Shown piece after piece: positions 48,243-58,200 of a DNA stretch of 64,000 nt. The DNA is from a bacterium (GTDB lineage: Bacteria; Margulisbacteria; Marinamargulisbacteria; JABIPA01): the NCBI GenBank assembly GCA_018698675.1, contig JABIPA010000063.1, positions 20,851 through 84,850 on the forward strand, given 5' to 3'. The notes beneath the pieces are model-generated. The model saw only the letters and a list, made by a program, of their open reading frames with translations, was not told the DNA's origin and ran no database searches. Both the position numbers and the translations under genes were made by a program. Every line of letters begins with the position of its first letter. Within the stretch, counting starts at the first letter, position 1.

Positions 48243-50816
48243 ATGTCTCAAATAAAAATGAATCTGGTGTGCATAATTGCTTTTTTGTTTTTAGGTTTTC
48301 ACCCTCTGCAATCGGCGTCGAGTCGATATGTTCCGAATGAGTTAATTATTGGATTGGACCTGCCAATCGAATCAAGTCAACACTCTGAATTTTCGAAAAA
48401 TTCTGTTAATCGAGTTGATTTTAATTCTGATCAACCTAAAGGAATGGTTTCTACTTATGTACAGTTAAAATCAGTTGATGAGCTTGAATCACTCCTTAAT
48501 CTATTACCATCTACGGACAAGCTTTCTATTCGGTCAAAATCATCGAGTCTGAAATTTTGGAATCGAATTGATCAGTTGAATTTGAATTCGGGAAATAAAA
48601 ACGGGCGGAATTTATCGTCTGATGAAACAAATATACCCTCACAATTGGTCGTAAAATTTTCTGATACTACGCCGATATTAGATCTCATTTCGAAATTTGA
48701 GAGGACGTCTGGAATTAAATTTGTTCAACCAAACTTTATCTATAGTATTTGGCCTGAAGGGGTCAAAGATACCGTTTTAGATAAAATTAACGAACACGAC
48801 GGAAACGAACCTACATTTCAAGTCAATCATTCTGGCACAATATATGGACCAAACTCTTTTCAATTTGCATCTCTTTCTGACGCCGTAAATGATCCATTTG
48901 TAGACAGACTATGGAATTTGGAAATTATGAGTTCAGAGGAAGTATGGGATTTAACAATAGGAAGTTCGTCAACGGTTATAGCCGTTGTAGATACGGGTGT
49001 GGATTTAGGACATCCTGATTTAAACGATAATATTTGGACAAATGAGAATGAAATTCCTAACAACGGTGTCGACGACGATAACAATGGATTCGTAGATGAT
49101 GTATTTGGATGGGACTTCATTTCTTCAACTCAATCGAATAACCCTTCGGACCAGAATGGGCACGGAACCCATGTCGCAGGAGACGCGTCGGCCGTCGCTA
49201 ATAATGCGGTGGGAATAGCGAGTATTGGATATTCTTGTAAAATAATGGCTATAAGGGCAGGAGACGAAGACGGCAATTTCACGTCTGCATCGATTTCGGA
49301 TTCTGTAGACTACGCTGTTGCTAATGGAGCAGATGTAATTAATTTAAGTATTGGCGGGCAGTCCGAAGCATCAGAAATAGTTTTACAGACGTCGATCGCG
49401 AACGCAATTGCTGCAGGAATTCCTGTAGTAGCAGCTGCTGGTAATGCAGACCCAAGAAGGAATATTGATACAAATAATATTATTCCTGCTAGTTATCCAA
49501 ACGTGATTACGGTTGGGGCTTTAACCGAAGAATTAGATAAGTCTGTAAGCTATGCTTTTTACAGTAATTATGGACCGTCTCTGGATATTATGGCAGCGGG
49601 AACGAATGTTTATTCTACGTACTACAGCACCTTGTTTAAAAGCATTTATGTTTATGATAGTGGGACGTCTATGGCGAGTCCTCAGGTGGCAGGAGTTGTT
49701 GGGCTTATGAAGTCGGTATACCCTCAATTGACGACTGAGCAAGTTACAAACGCATTGACGTCTACTGCGCGAGATTTAGGAGTTAGTGGGAGGGATGACG
49801 ACTATGGCTATGGATTGGTTCAATCTGCGTCAGCGTTGTTAAGCTTAGACTCGAAAAAGGCAACGGCTACGTATTTGCAATCGTTAACAGTTGATGTTTC
49901 TGCTTCGTTTACGGTATCAATAAATGTAACGGATGACTTATTTTCTACCGTTGTACCAACCGTAAATATTGTTTATCAATTTGAGCCTAATTCAGATTCT
50001 TCAAGTTGGATGACAAAAGGGATGAATCGTTCTGGGGACCAATTTTTTACAAGTTTAGATTCTGCGTCTAGTCCGGGAACATTTAACTATTATTTTGAGG
50101 TAAATGATTTAAATAGAAGTAACGATTTTGAATATCCTGAAGAGGGAGCAACAAACCCTTTATCTGCAATAGTAAAAGATATCTCACCGCCGATAATTTC
50201 AAGTGCTTATATCAATAATGATTATTTTGCTAAAAATGGCATTTTTAAAGAGACCATAACCGATAATACATCTGTTGATTCGTCTAGCATTTCATTAGCA
50301 ATATTAGCGGACGGCTTTTCTGAAAGTTTTGATGTTTCTGATGAAGGCGTTACGTTTGAAGATTCTGTTTTTAGTGTTGATTTATCGACGGTTGATTTTT
50401 CGTCTAGTTCGTCATTTACATTTTTAACATCGGTTTCGGATATTAACGGACTAAGTTCGTCATCAGAAGTTGTCTTAAAAACAGAAGAAACATCCGGATT
50501 TAACATATTTGGACCGAACGACGAATCGGAACCAATAGTGAATTCTCCAAATCCATTTAATCCTGAAAATGAGGTAACTAATATCTCATTTCAATTAAAT
50601 CAAAATGCGGATATTTTGATTAATATCTATTCGATTTCTTATGAAAAAGTATTCGACTATTCGTCTTATCATTTCGCTGGATATCATCAGGTGGAATGGG
50701 ATGGACGAAACACTAACGGGAGCAGACTTCCTATGGGTGCGTATCTTATATTTTTGAGAGGGGAATCGAATGGGGAAGTAATTGTTCGTAAAACAAAAGC
50801 GATGATTATTTATTAA
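48243..50816 (+). CDS. secreted subtilisin-like (S8) serine protease with C-terminal FlgD-Ig/T9SS-like sorting domain
   Basis: Catalytic triad blocks VAVVDTGVDLGHPDL, HGTHVAG and SGTSMASPQVAG. Signal peptide present. The last ~90 aa, NSPNPFNPENEVTNISFQL...VEWDGRNTNGSRLPMGAYLIFL, resemble a FlgD-Ig/Por-type CTD. The start could be TTG 48234, ATG 48243 or ATG 48258. Confidence 0.88.
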   Translation: MSQIKMNLVCIIAFLFLGFHPLQSASSRYVPNELIIGLDLPIESSQHSEFSKNSVNRVDFNSDQPKGMVSTYVQLKSVDELESLLNLLPSTDKLSIRSKSSSLKFWNRIDQLNLNSGNKNGRNLSSDETNIPSQLVVKFSDTTPILDLISKFERTSGIKFVQPNFIYSIWPEGVKDTVLDKINEHDGNEPTFQVNHSGTIYGPNSFQFASLSDAVNDPFVDRLWNLEIMSSEEVWDLTIGSSSTVIAVVDTGVDLGHPDLNDNIWTNENEIPNNGVDDDNNGFVDDVFGWDFISSTQSNNPSDQNGHGTHVAGDASAVANNAVGIASIGYSCKIMAIRAGDEDGNFTSASISDSVDYAVANGADVINLSIGGQSEASEIVLQTSIANAIAAGIPVVAAAGNADPRRNIDTNNIIPASYPNVITVGALTEELDKSVSYAFYSNYGPSLDIMAAGTNVYSTYYSTLFKSIYVYDSGTSMASPQVAGVVGLMKSVYPQLTTEQVTNALTSTARDLGVSGRDDDYGYGLVQSASALLSLDSKKATATYLQSLTVDVSASFTVSINVTDDLFSTVVPTVNIVYQFEPNSDSSSWMTKGMNRSGDQFFTSLDSASSPGTFNYYFEVNDLNRSNDFEYPEEGATNPLSAIVKDISPPIISSAYINNDYFAKNGIFKETITDNTSVDSSSISLAILADGFSESFDVSDEGVTFEDSVFSVDLSTVDFSSSSSFTFLTSVSDINGLSSSSEVVLKTEETSGFNIFGPNDESEPIVNSPNPFNPENEVTNISFQLNQNADILINIYSISYEKVFDYSSYHFAGYHQVEWDGRNTNGSRLPMGAYLIFLRGESNGEVIVRKTKAMIIY

Positions 50817-50820
50817 CTAG

Positions 50821-52920
50821 CTATAAAATACTAGCTGGATTAAAATCCACAATCGTTCGCACGTATTGAATCCGTGGAAGATCTCTCAAATAAGCATGAA
50901 TGTCATCAAATTTGTCCGGTGGGCACTTAATTAAAAAGTGCCATCGGATATGTTTGTTGATGAGTTCAACAGGGGCAGGTGAGGGCCCTAAAACTTGAGC
51001 CCCAAATTTTTCATTTATTTTTTTAACAAATGGAGAAATATCATTAATATAAGTCGTTAAAGTTCGTTGAGACACGCAAGATATTAATATATTAATAAGT
51101 TTAGAATACGGTGGGTATTTTAGTAACTTCCGATAATTAACTTCCTTTTTATAGAATGATTTAAAGTCATGTGTTTTCGCCATATCAAACACGTAGTGTT
51201 CGGGCTGAGATGTTTGTATAATTACATTTCCTTGCTCTTTGTCACGACCAGCGCGGCCTGCAACTTGTAGCATAAGTTGGAATGTTCGTTCGGTGGACCT
51301 AAAATCTGGAATATTTAATTGATTGTCGATAGCTAAAATCCCAACCAAATTTACATTTTCGATATGATGACCTTTGGCAATCATCTGTGTTCCTATAAGT
51401 ATATCGCCTTTTGTACGGAACTCATCGAGGATAGATTCAATTTTCTTGCCAGTGCTCCCCGTATCTTTATCTAATCGTAAAATATTGGCGTTAGGAAAGA
51501 GTCGACGACAATCATATTCTATTTTTTGGATACCTGTTCCTGAAAATTTAAGTGTATTTTTTTTGCAGGCTGAACATTGGTGGGTAATAGGTGTTATTTT
51601 GAAACACCGGTGGCAGCGAAACGATTTATCTTTGTGATAAGTGTAACTCAAATTACAATTTGGACAGCAGTGAACTTGGCCACACTTTTGGCAATCTATG
51701 TAAGGAGCGAATCCTCTTCGGTTCACCAATATCATCGTTTTTTGACCCTTGTCCAACGTGGTTTTCATTGCATCGAGTAGTGGCAATGAAAAAAGTCTGT
51801 TTTGCATTTCTTGTTTCTTGATATCTACAAGATTCATGTTAGGAAGCGGTGTTTTGTGAACACGTTCAAGAATTTCGAAATGGGTCGAATCAACCCCTTT
51901 AAAATAGGATTCTAATTTTGGTGTTGCGGAACCTTTAATCAACAAGGCGTTAGTCTTCTTTGCGCGATATCTAGCGACATCTATTACTCGGTATCTTGGT
52001 GACGATTCTTGATTGTAAGCGCCATCATGCTCTTCATCAATTACAATTAGGCCTAAGTTTTTAACGGGAGAAAATATTGCAGACCGTGGTCCTAAAACAA
52101 GGCTGGTTGCGTCTTCGTTCATAGTATTCCATGCCATATCTTTTTGTTTTGGTGTTAGCCCAGAATGCAAAAGGTGAACCTTATCTCCAAATCGTTCGAT
52201 GAAATTTTTAGATAGTTGAGGTGTTAATGCGATTTCAGGTACAAGAATTATAACGGACTGTTTATTATCTAAAGCACGTTTTGCAAGATTTAGGTAAACT
52301 TCTGTTTTTCCACTTCCCGTTATTCCATGAATTAAGCGTTCGGTATATGTTTTAAAGGTTAGACAGTCATCGATTATTTTTTTTTGAGGAGGGGTAAGCG
52401 TTGGCCATTTATTAGTATTATCAGACAAGTCTTTTGAAGGAGAGTCTGATTTAACAGAGGTATCAATGTCTAAGGTTTGATCGAGAGTCAACTCCGTTCC
52501 TTTAGCCTTCAATGCAGCTTTAGTTGCTTTTTGTTTCTTTAAAGTTGCTTTTCTCTCTTTTTCTTCCTTTTTAGCGATTTCTAGTTTGATATCTCTATAT
52601 TTTCGAGCACCTATAACCGCTTGATACCCTTTGTGTAATGTTACATGGTGATAGTCTGACATCCAAAATATGCAGGAAATTAAGTCAGCAGGAATCACTG
52701 GTTTTTTCTCGTCAATTTCAGCGATAGGCTTTAATTTGAGGTTAGGGGTAGTTCCCGATTCAGCTTCTTGTTTTTCAATATCTACAATTAAACCGGAAAC
52801 AGAACTTCTTCCAAACGGTATAGTGACATGGGTTCCAATTTGAATAGATTCTAATTCAGGAGGAATTGTATAGGTATATGTTTGAGGTACCCCTCTAAAA
52901 ACAAGGACTGTTGCTAGCAT
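50821..52920 (-). CDS. priA: primosomal protein N' (replication restart helicase PriA)
   Basis: Walker A GITGSGKTEVY, a DEEHD box, Cys-rich zinc fingers CQKCGQVHCCPNCNLSYTYHKDKSFRCHRC...CSAC, and QVAGRAGR. Confidence 0.92.
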   Translation of the reverse strand: MLATVLVFRGVPQTYTYTIPPELESIQIGTHVTIPFGRSSVSGLIVDIEKQEAESGTTPNLKLKPIAEIDEKKPVIPADLISCIFWMSDYHHVTLHKGYQAVIGARKYRDIKLEIAKKEEKERKATLKKQKATKAALKAKGTELTLDQTLDIDTSVKSDSPSKDLSDNTNKWPTLTPPQKKIIDDCLTFKTYTERLIHGITGSGKTEVYLNLAKRALDNKQSVIILVPEIALTPQLSKNFIERFGDKVHLLHSGLTPKQKDMAWNTMNEDATSLVLGPRSAIFSPVKNLGLIVIDEEHDGAYNQESSPRYRVIDVARYRAKKTNALLIKGSATPKLESYFKGVDSTHFEILERVHKTPLPNMNLVDIKKQEMQNRLFSLPLLDAMKTTLDKGQKTMILVNRRGFAPYIDCQKCGQVHCCPNCNLSYTYHKDKSFRCHRCFKITPITHQCSACKKNTLKFSGTGIQKIEYDCRRLFPNANILRLDKDTGSTGKKIESILDEFRTKGDILIGTQMIAKGHHIENVNLVGILAIDNQLNIPDFRSTERTFQLMLQVAGRAGRDKEQGNVIIQTSQPEHYVFDMAKTHDFKSFYKKEVNYRKLLKYPPYSKLINILISCVSQRTLTTYINDISPFVKKINEKFGAQVLGPSPAPVELINKHIRWHFLIKCPPDKFDDIHAYLRDLPRIQYVRTIVDFNPASIL

Positions 52921-53017
52921 AATGTATTAGTGTAACGATTTTTTAGATTAATGTTGAATGGATATCCTATGTTGTCGCTAAAACACAAAAATGGAAAAGG
53001 AATATTTTGTTTTGGTA

Positions 53018-54070
53018 CTATATAGCTTTATAAATTAAGTCTAAGTAAGAACATGACCCAAGAAGAGCGGCATGATCAGGATCTGGAGCTTGATAAATCT
53101 TTACATCGATACCCATTTCATAAATTTGAGAGCGAGCAGAGCTAAGAATCGTTTTCCCCAAACGACCTTTGCAGCCAATGCTTCCACCTAATATATACGT
53201 GTTAAACTCAGATACTATATGTGTATCCTCTTCGGACCATCCTTTTTTCGATGTCATTCCCGATTGAATCAGATAAATAAGTTCTGCGATATAACGGCCG
53301 ACGGACTCAATAATTTCTTTAGACTTATTCCAAGCGACAACGTCGGTGTTTAGTTCTTTCGCTTGAAACCCGGTTAGTCTGATGATTCCTCTGTGAGACA
53401 AAATATTTTCTACGGGTTCATTTGGAAACGATGGGATTTCTAAATCAAATATATGTCCATCAGTATAAAACATAGGATATTGATTTTCTGACATATCTAA
53501 AAATGCTCCTCCTAGACCAGTTCCTATCCCTATAAATCCGTAATGAAACGTTTCTTCCAAAGCTAATTTTCTATCTAATAACATAATGTACGAGCCTAAA
53601 CATTGAGCGAGTGCATCGTTTTGAATAAAGAATAATTTTTCAGGTGATAACTTCATGAGTTCTTCTTTTGGAGAAAATAAATCAAATTCTCCATCGAACG
53701 TCCCTAGGTTTTCTGCTGAACCAGGTTTTAGTCGTCCTTTGTCATCAAAATTTCCAGGCATGGATATGGAAACCATATTTGAGGAGACAAGACATTTTTC
53801 GTCTATATCAAGGTCTAATGCGCTGTTTAACGTTTGAAGTTTATTTTTAAAGGATGATGTTCCAACCGTGCGATCAATTTCATTTATTATGTCTAATAAT
53901 TGATTGCAAAGTACTTTTTTTCCTTTTTTTGTTGAATAAGATTTTTTAAATAGGCAAAGAGGGTAGCTCTGTGTTTTAGACGATAAAAAATAGGCAGCAT
54001 GAATTGATGTTCCTCCGACATCTAAACAAATATAAGTTGGAAAAAGATAAGAAGGATCTTTAATGGACAC
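53018..54070 (-). CDS. ROK/ASKHA-type sugar kinase-like protein
   Basis: ICLDVGGTSIHAAYF (phosphate-1 loop), GIGTGLGGAF, ILGGSIGCKG and AALLGSCSY. The start overlaps the upstream dehydrogenase-like gene by 11 nt. Confidence 0.5.
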   Translation of the reverse strand: MSIKDPSYLFPTYICLDVGGTSIHAAYFLSSKTQSYPLCLFKKSYSTKKGKKVLCNQLLDIINEIDRTVGTSSFKNKLQTLNSALDLDIDEKCLVSSNMVSISMPGNFDDKGRLKPGSAENLGTFDGEFDLFSPKEELMKLSPEKLFFIQNDALAQCLGSYIMLLDRKLALEETFHYGFIGIGTGLGGAFLDMSENQYPMFYTDGHIFDLEIPSFPNEPVENILSHRGIIRLTGFQAKELNTDVVAWNKSKEIIESVGRYIAELIYLIQSGMTSKKGWSEEDTHIVSEFNTYILGGSIGCKGRLGKTILSSARSQIYEMGIDVKIYQAPDPDHAALLGSCSYLDLIYKAI

Positions 54071-55130
54071 TTAGTTTGCCAATTCGTTGAATGGCATATT
54101 TATTAGCTACTTCTAGAGGAGGAATATTTGACATAGAGCTGTCTGCGATAATTGTTTTTAATGTATTTCGTATATCAAAAACTTGAGGGTATACATGTTC
54201 TTCTTGAATTGCTGGTGTCCGATATTCATGGATGACGGCGATTGCGCCGCCAGAGTTCACAACATAATCAGGAGCATAAAGAATATTTTTTTCGTATAAA
54301 TCGAGAGCTAAATCATCACTCTCAAGTTGGCAGTTTGCAGCACCAATAATTATATCTGTATTTATTAAATTAATATTTGATTTCGTTATAGATGGACCAT
54401 ATGCACATGGACAATAGACATCGACTTTTTCTTTAAACTTATCTTCTGGTTTAATTATTTCTATATTGGGAAATCGAGCAAGTGCCTTTTTACATTGGCT
54501 GTCCGAGGTGTCGATTCCTATTATTCGTTTTGTTTTCGAATAAAGATGTTCGATGAGGGTGCATCCTAATTTTCCGAGACCTTCTACTAGAATTGTTCGG
54601 TTATTTAACTCTTCAGTCCCATAATAGGCGAGCAAACATTCTTTTAACGAAGAAATAATTCCTATTCCTGTAAATTTAATGGGATCCAAACGTTTGCCCA
54701 AAATTTGTTCTGAACACTCGGCAATATTATTAAATGCACTGGTTGTCATTCCGGTATCTGCGCCAGTAAAAAAGTAAGGAGTTTTTAAAAGGTCTTTGCC
54801 ATATTTTTTGAAAAACCATTGTGTAGATGCAACATCTTCTCGCAACGGTTCCCCGGGAGGGTGAAAAAGAACAGCACTTCCTCCACCATAGGGTAGTCGG
54901 GCCAGAGCGAGTTTGTAGGTCATCATTTTTGATAATCGAAGTGCGTCGGTTAGTCCATCTAGAAATGAGTCATACGATCGAATTCGGGTGGATCCAAAGC
55001 AGGGTGTATTTTGATTTCCTTTATGAACAGAAATAAGACCGTATACACCTTGAGTATCAAATAGAAAACTTACATTTTCATGATCTTTGAACTCTTTTAC
55101 ATTTTTTAAACTTTTTGCTGTTATTTGCAT
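54060..55130 (-). CDS. Leu/Phe/Val (Glu-family) amino-acid dehydrogenase homologue lacking the catalytic lysine
   Basis: Collinear with leucine dehydrogenase: ALRLSKMMTYKLALARLPYGGGSAVLF, VEGLGKLGCTL (Rossmann fold), GAANCQL and YAPDYVVNSGGAI. Start set at ATG 55130 by N-terminal alignment. The track ORF begins at TTG 55193. Confidence 0.75.
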   Translation of the reverse strand: MQITAKSLKNVKEFKDHENVSFLFDTQGVYGLISVHKGNQNTPCFGSTRIRSYDSFLDGLTDALRLSKMMTYKLALARLPYGGGSAVLFHPPGEPLREDVASTQWFFKKYGKDLLKTPYFFTGADTGMTTSAFNNIAECSEQILGKRLDPIKFTGIGIISSLKECLLAYYGTEELNNRTILVEGLGKLGCTLIEHLYSKTKRIIGIDTSDSQCKKALARFPNIEIIKPEDKFKEKVDVYCPCAYGPSITKSNINLINTDIIIGAANCQLESDDLALDLYEKNILYAPDYVVNSGGAIAVIHEYRTPAIQEEHVYPQVFDIRNTLKTIIADSSMSNIPPLEVANKYAIQRIGKLSVH

Positions 55131-55280
55131 TGTGAATCTAATGCAAGTGTATGCATTTTTTTGTGATTTTTCAATATAAAATAGGTAGATCAACTAGTGA
55201 AGCTAGAACTCTAGGTTCATTTGAATAAATGGACAATATAAGATATTTAAAACATTTGATGGAAATTATTATATATACGT

Positions 55281-58200
55281 TTACAATTTCATTATGTATG
55301 CGATCGTATAATACGAGGGCCTGTTGTCAAACGAGGTACCACTTCCAGTGGAGTTTGTTGTAAATGTGTGAGAGTGTGATCCACCATTTTCTGTGGCATG
55401 GTGATTACCCCATGTACCACTATCTGATCCAAAAGAAGGTCCTCCATTGATGGCAGTGACATTGTAGTCATCTTGTTGAGTATTTATATTATGAGCATGA
55501 GATCCTCCGGTAACTGTTGTTCCTGTATGCGTATGAGAAGGTATATTTGCTGTTGTTAGGGTTCTATTGTCTGATCCCCCTGAATCACCAATCGCATTGT
55601 AGTCAGCATTCGCTGAATTATAACCAACGACAAATTTTCCTCTTAAATCAGGGGTGCCAGCATCACCGTCACAAAGTTCCCATCCAGCAGGAATGGCCCC
55701 TATTGATCCACTCCACATAATAATTGCGCCCGCTGGTACAACAGATATTCCGTTGGATAATACAAAGTCGGTTGCCTTAACATCGCCTACAACCTCAAGT
55801 TTTTCTGATGGAGCTGACGTGCCCATACCAATAAGTCCAGTTCCTCGAATGACCATGGATGTATCAACTGTATTATCGGAGCCTACATTTGTAAAAGCGA
55901 TGAGTCCGTCAGGATTAGTTTGATTCCAATCTGTTTTTTCAAACACCAACGCATCGAAGTTGGATGCCCCAAGAAAGTCACGATCGTGATAGATACGGAA
56001 ACTGTCGAGGACTGGGGTAACTCCTGCTGCAGATGGTTCAGCACGGATAGCATCATTTAAAATTCCAGAACCATCGGTGATTATTTCTGAGGCAGTGATG
56101 TTACCAGAAACATCAAGATTACCTTCCGGGGTAAGTCTCATGCGTTCAGTTAAAGTAGCACCACCTTGGCTATAAAAAACAAGATGTTCTAGGCCATCGT
56201 CACCATACCCAATGACGGCTTCACCCGTATTACTTGTGCCACCATCAATATCGTTAACACCGAGAAATAAATTGTCGGTATCATTTCTAATAAAAATACC
56301 ACTCATACCAATAAAAGGTGCGTTATTACCACCACCATCACCAATTTCTAAGTCAAGAAAGTTTGTATTAGACGGAGATCCTAACGCCAATTTATTCGAA
56401 TGAATATTTCCCCATAAGTTAGCAGTTGTTCCTAAAGACCCTTGGCCAGAAGTATCAGGATAGAGAGCATAAGTTTCTGCATCAGCGGCGTATTCAGCAT
56501 GCATGCTTCCGTAACTATTAAATCCAATTGTTGTTCGAGCACTGGTACCAGTCCCCATAGCCGAGCGAACGACAAAGTCGTTGTAGCCGTCTTCGTCTTT
56601 AATAACGAGGGGCCAAGTAACTAAACTGTCATCATTGTCGTAGCCAGAAATGGAAAGTTTTATTCCTTGGGCATTTACCCCTTGATCTACATTACCCGTA
56701 ATTGACATTTGATAATTAGCGTAATCATTAGTTACATGATTATCGATAATATCAACAGCTCCATCATCCCAAACTTTAACCAAGTCAGTGTATGTTTCAG
56801 TATCAAATTGATTTGTATTGCTTCTAAAGTAGAAGAGAGCATTGGAAGGGGTAATATCATAGCCATTAAAAACCATGCTAGAACTTGATACGAGATGGAC
56901 GGGATTATTGTGATTTGTATCTCCAGTACGACCAATTTTAAAGGCGCCAGTATCATTGATATCATTAATTTGAAAAGGAGCAGGGGCACCGGCTGTTGTG
57001 TTCGCACTAATTTGAATAGATTCGGTATAAATTTTACTCCAGTTGTTAGCAGACGTACCTAATGATCCTTTACCAGTAGCGTCTGGGTAAAGAGCATAAG
57101 TATCTTCTGTAGAATCGAATTCAAAAAGAGCATGACCTTTAGCGCTAAACCCGAATCTAAATTGGCCACCGTCGGTGGAGTTTGAGGCACTTCTAAACCA
57201 GAAATCGTCGTTAGAATCTTCGTCTCTTAGCAAAAGAGGGTAGGTATAATCAGTGTCATCGTTATCGTAGTTTGTAATAGAAAGTTTGTATCCTTCAGCA
57301 TTTACACCAGAATCTGTAGGGCCCCAAAATGCTACTTGAGAATCGACACCTGAGTTTCCACCAGCACCGTTAATCATTAATGTATCGGCAATAAGACCTC
57401 CAAAACCACTGGCCGTGATATTACCAGAAATTTCAAGGTTACCATCAGAAGTAAGTCTCATACGTTCGGTGAGAGTTGTTAGGTTTTGGCTATAAAAAAC
57501 AAGGTGCTCCTCTCCATTATCACCAAATCCAATAACTGCTTCTGCTGCATCACCAGCTCCACCGTCGATATCGTTAACGCCGATAAAAAGGTTATCGGAA
57601 TTATTTCTAATAAAAAGACCTCTCATTCCAATATAGGGAGCATTAACACCAATTCCATCGCCAATTTCAAGGTCAAGGAAGTCCTTGCTTTGTGGCGAGT
57701 TAAATGGGACTCCTAACTGTAATTTATTGGCATGTATATTTCCCCATAAATTTGCAGAAGTTCCTAAAGATCCTTCTCCAGTTGTATCTGGGTAAAGAGC
57801 ATAAGTATCAACGACAGAGTCGTATTCAAAAAGAGCGCTGCCTTTCGAACTAAACCCGAATTTGAATTGACCGCCACTTGGGCCATGAGAACCTGAGCGA
57901 AACTGGAAATCAACGTTTCCGTCTTCATCTACAAGTTTAAGAGGGTATGTGTAGTTCGTATCATCGTTGTCATAACCCGAAATTAGGAGTTTAGTTCCAT
58001 CGGCATTTGTACCGGTATCATTTGTACCAGCTAACTCTAATTGAGTGCCTGATTGAGGACCAGGGGAAGGTAAAAGAACTTTACCGTCGTTATAAATTTG
58101 CATGAGATCCGTGTTTGTGAAGACATCGAATTTAGTGACGCTAGCACGATAATAAAAGACTGGAGCAGAAGCAGCTGCCGTATAAGCATTTAAAACCATT

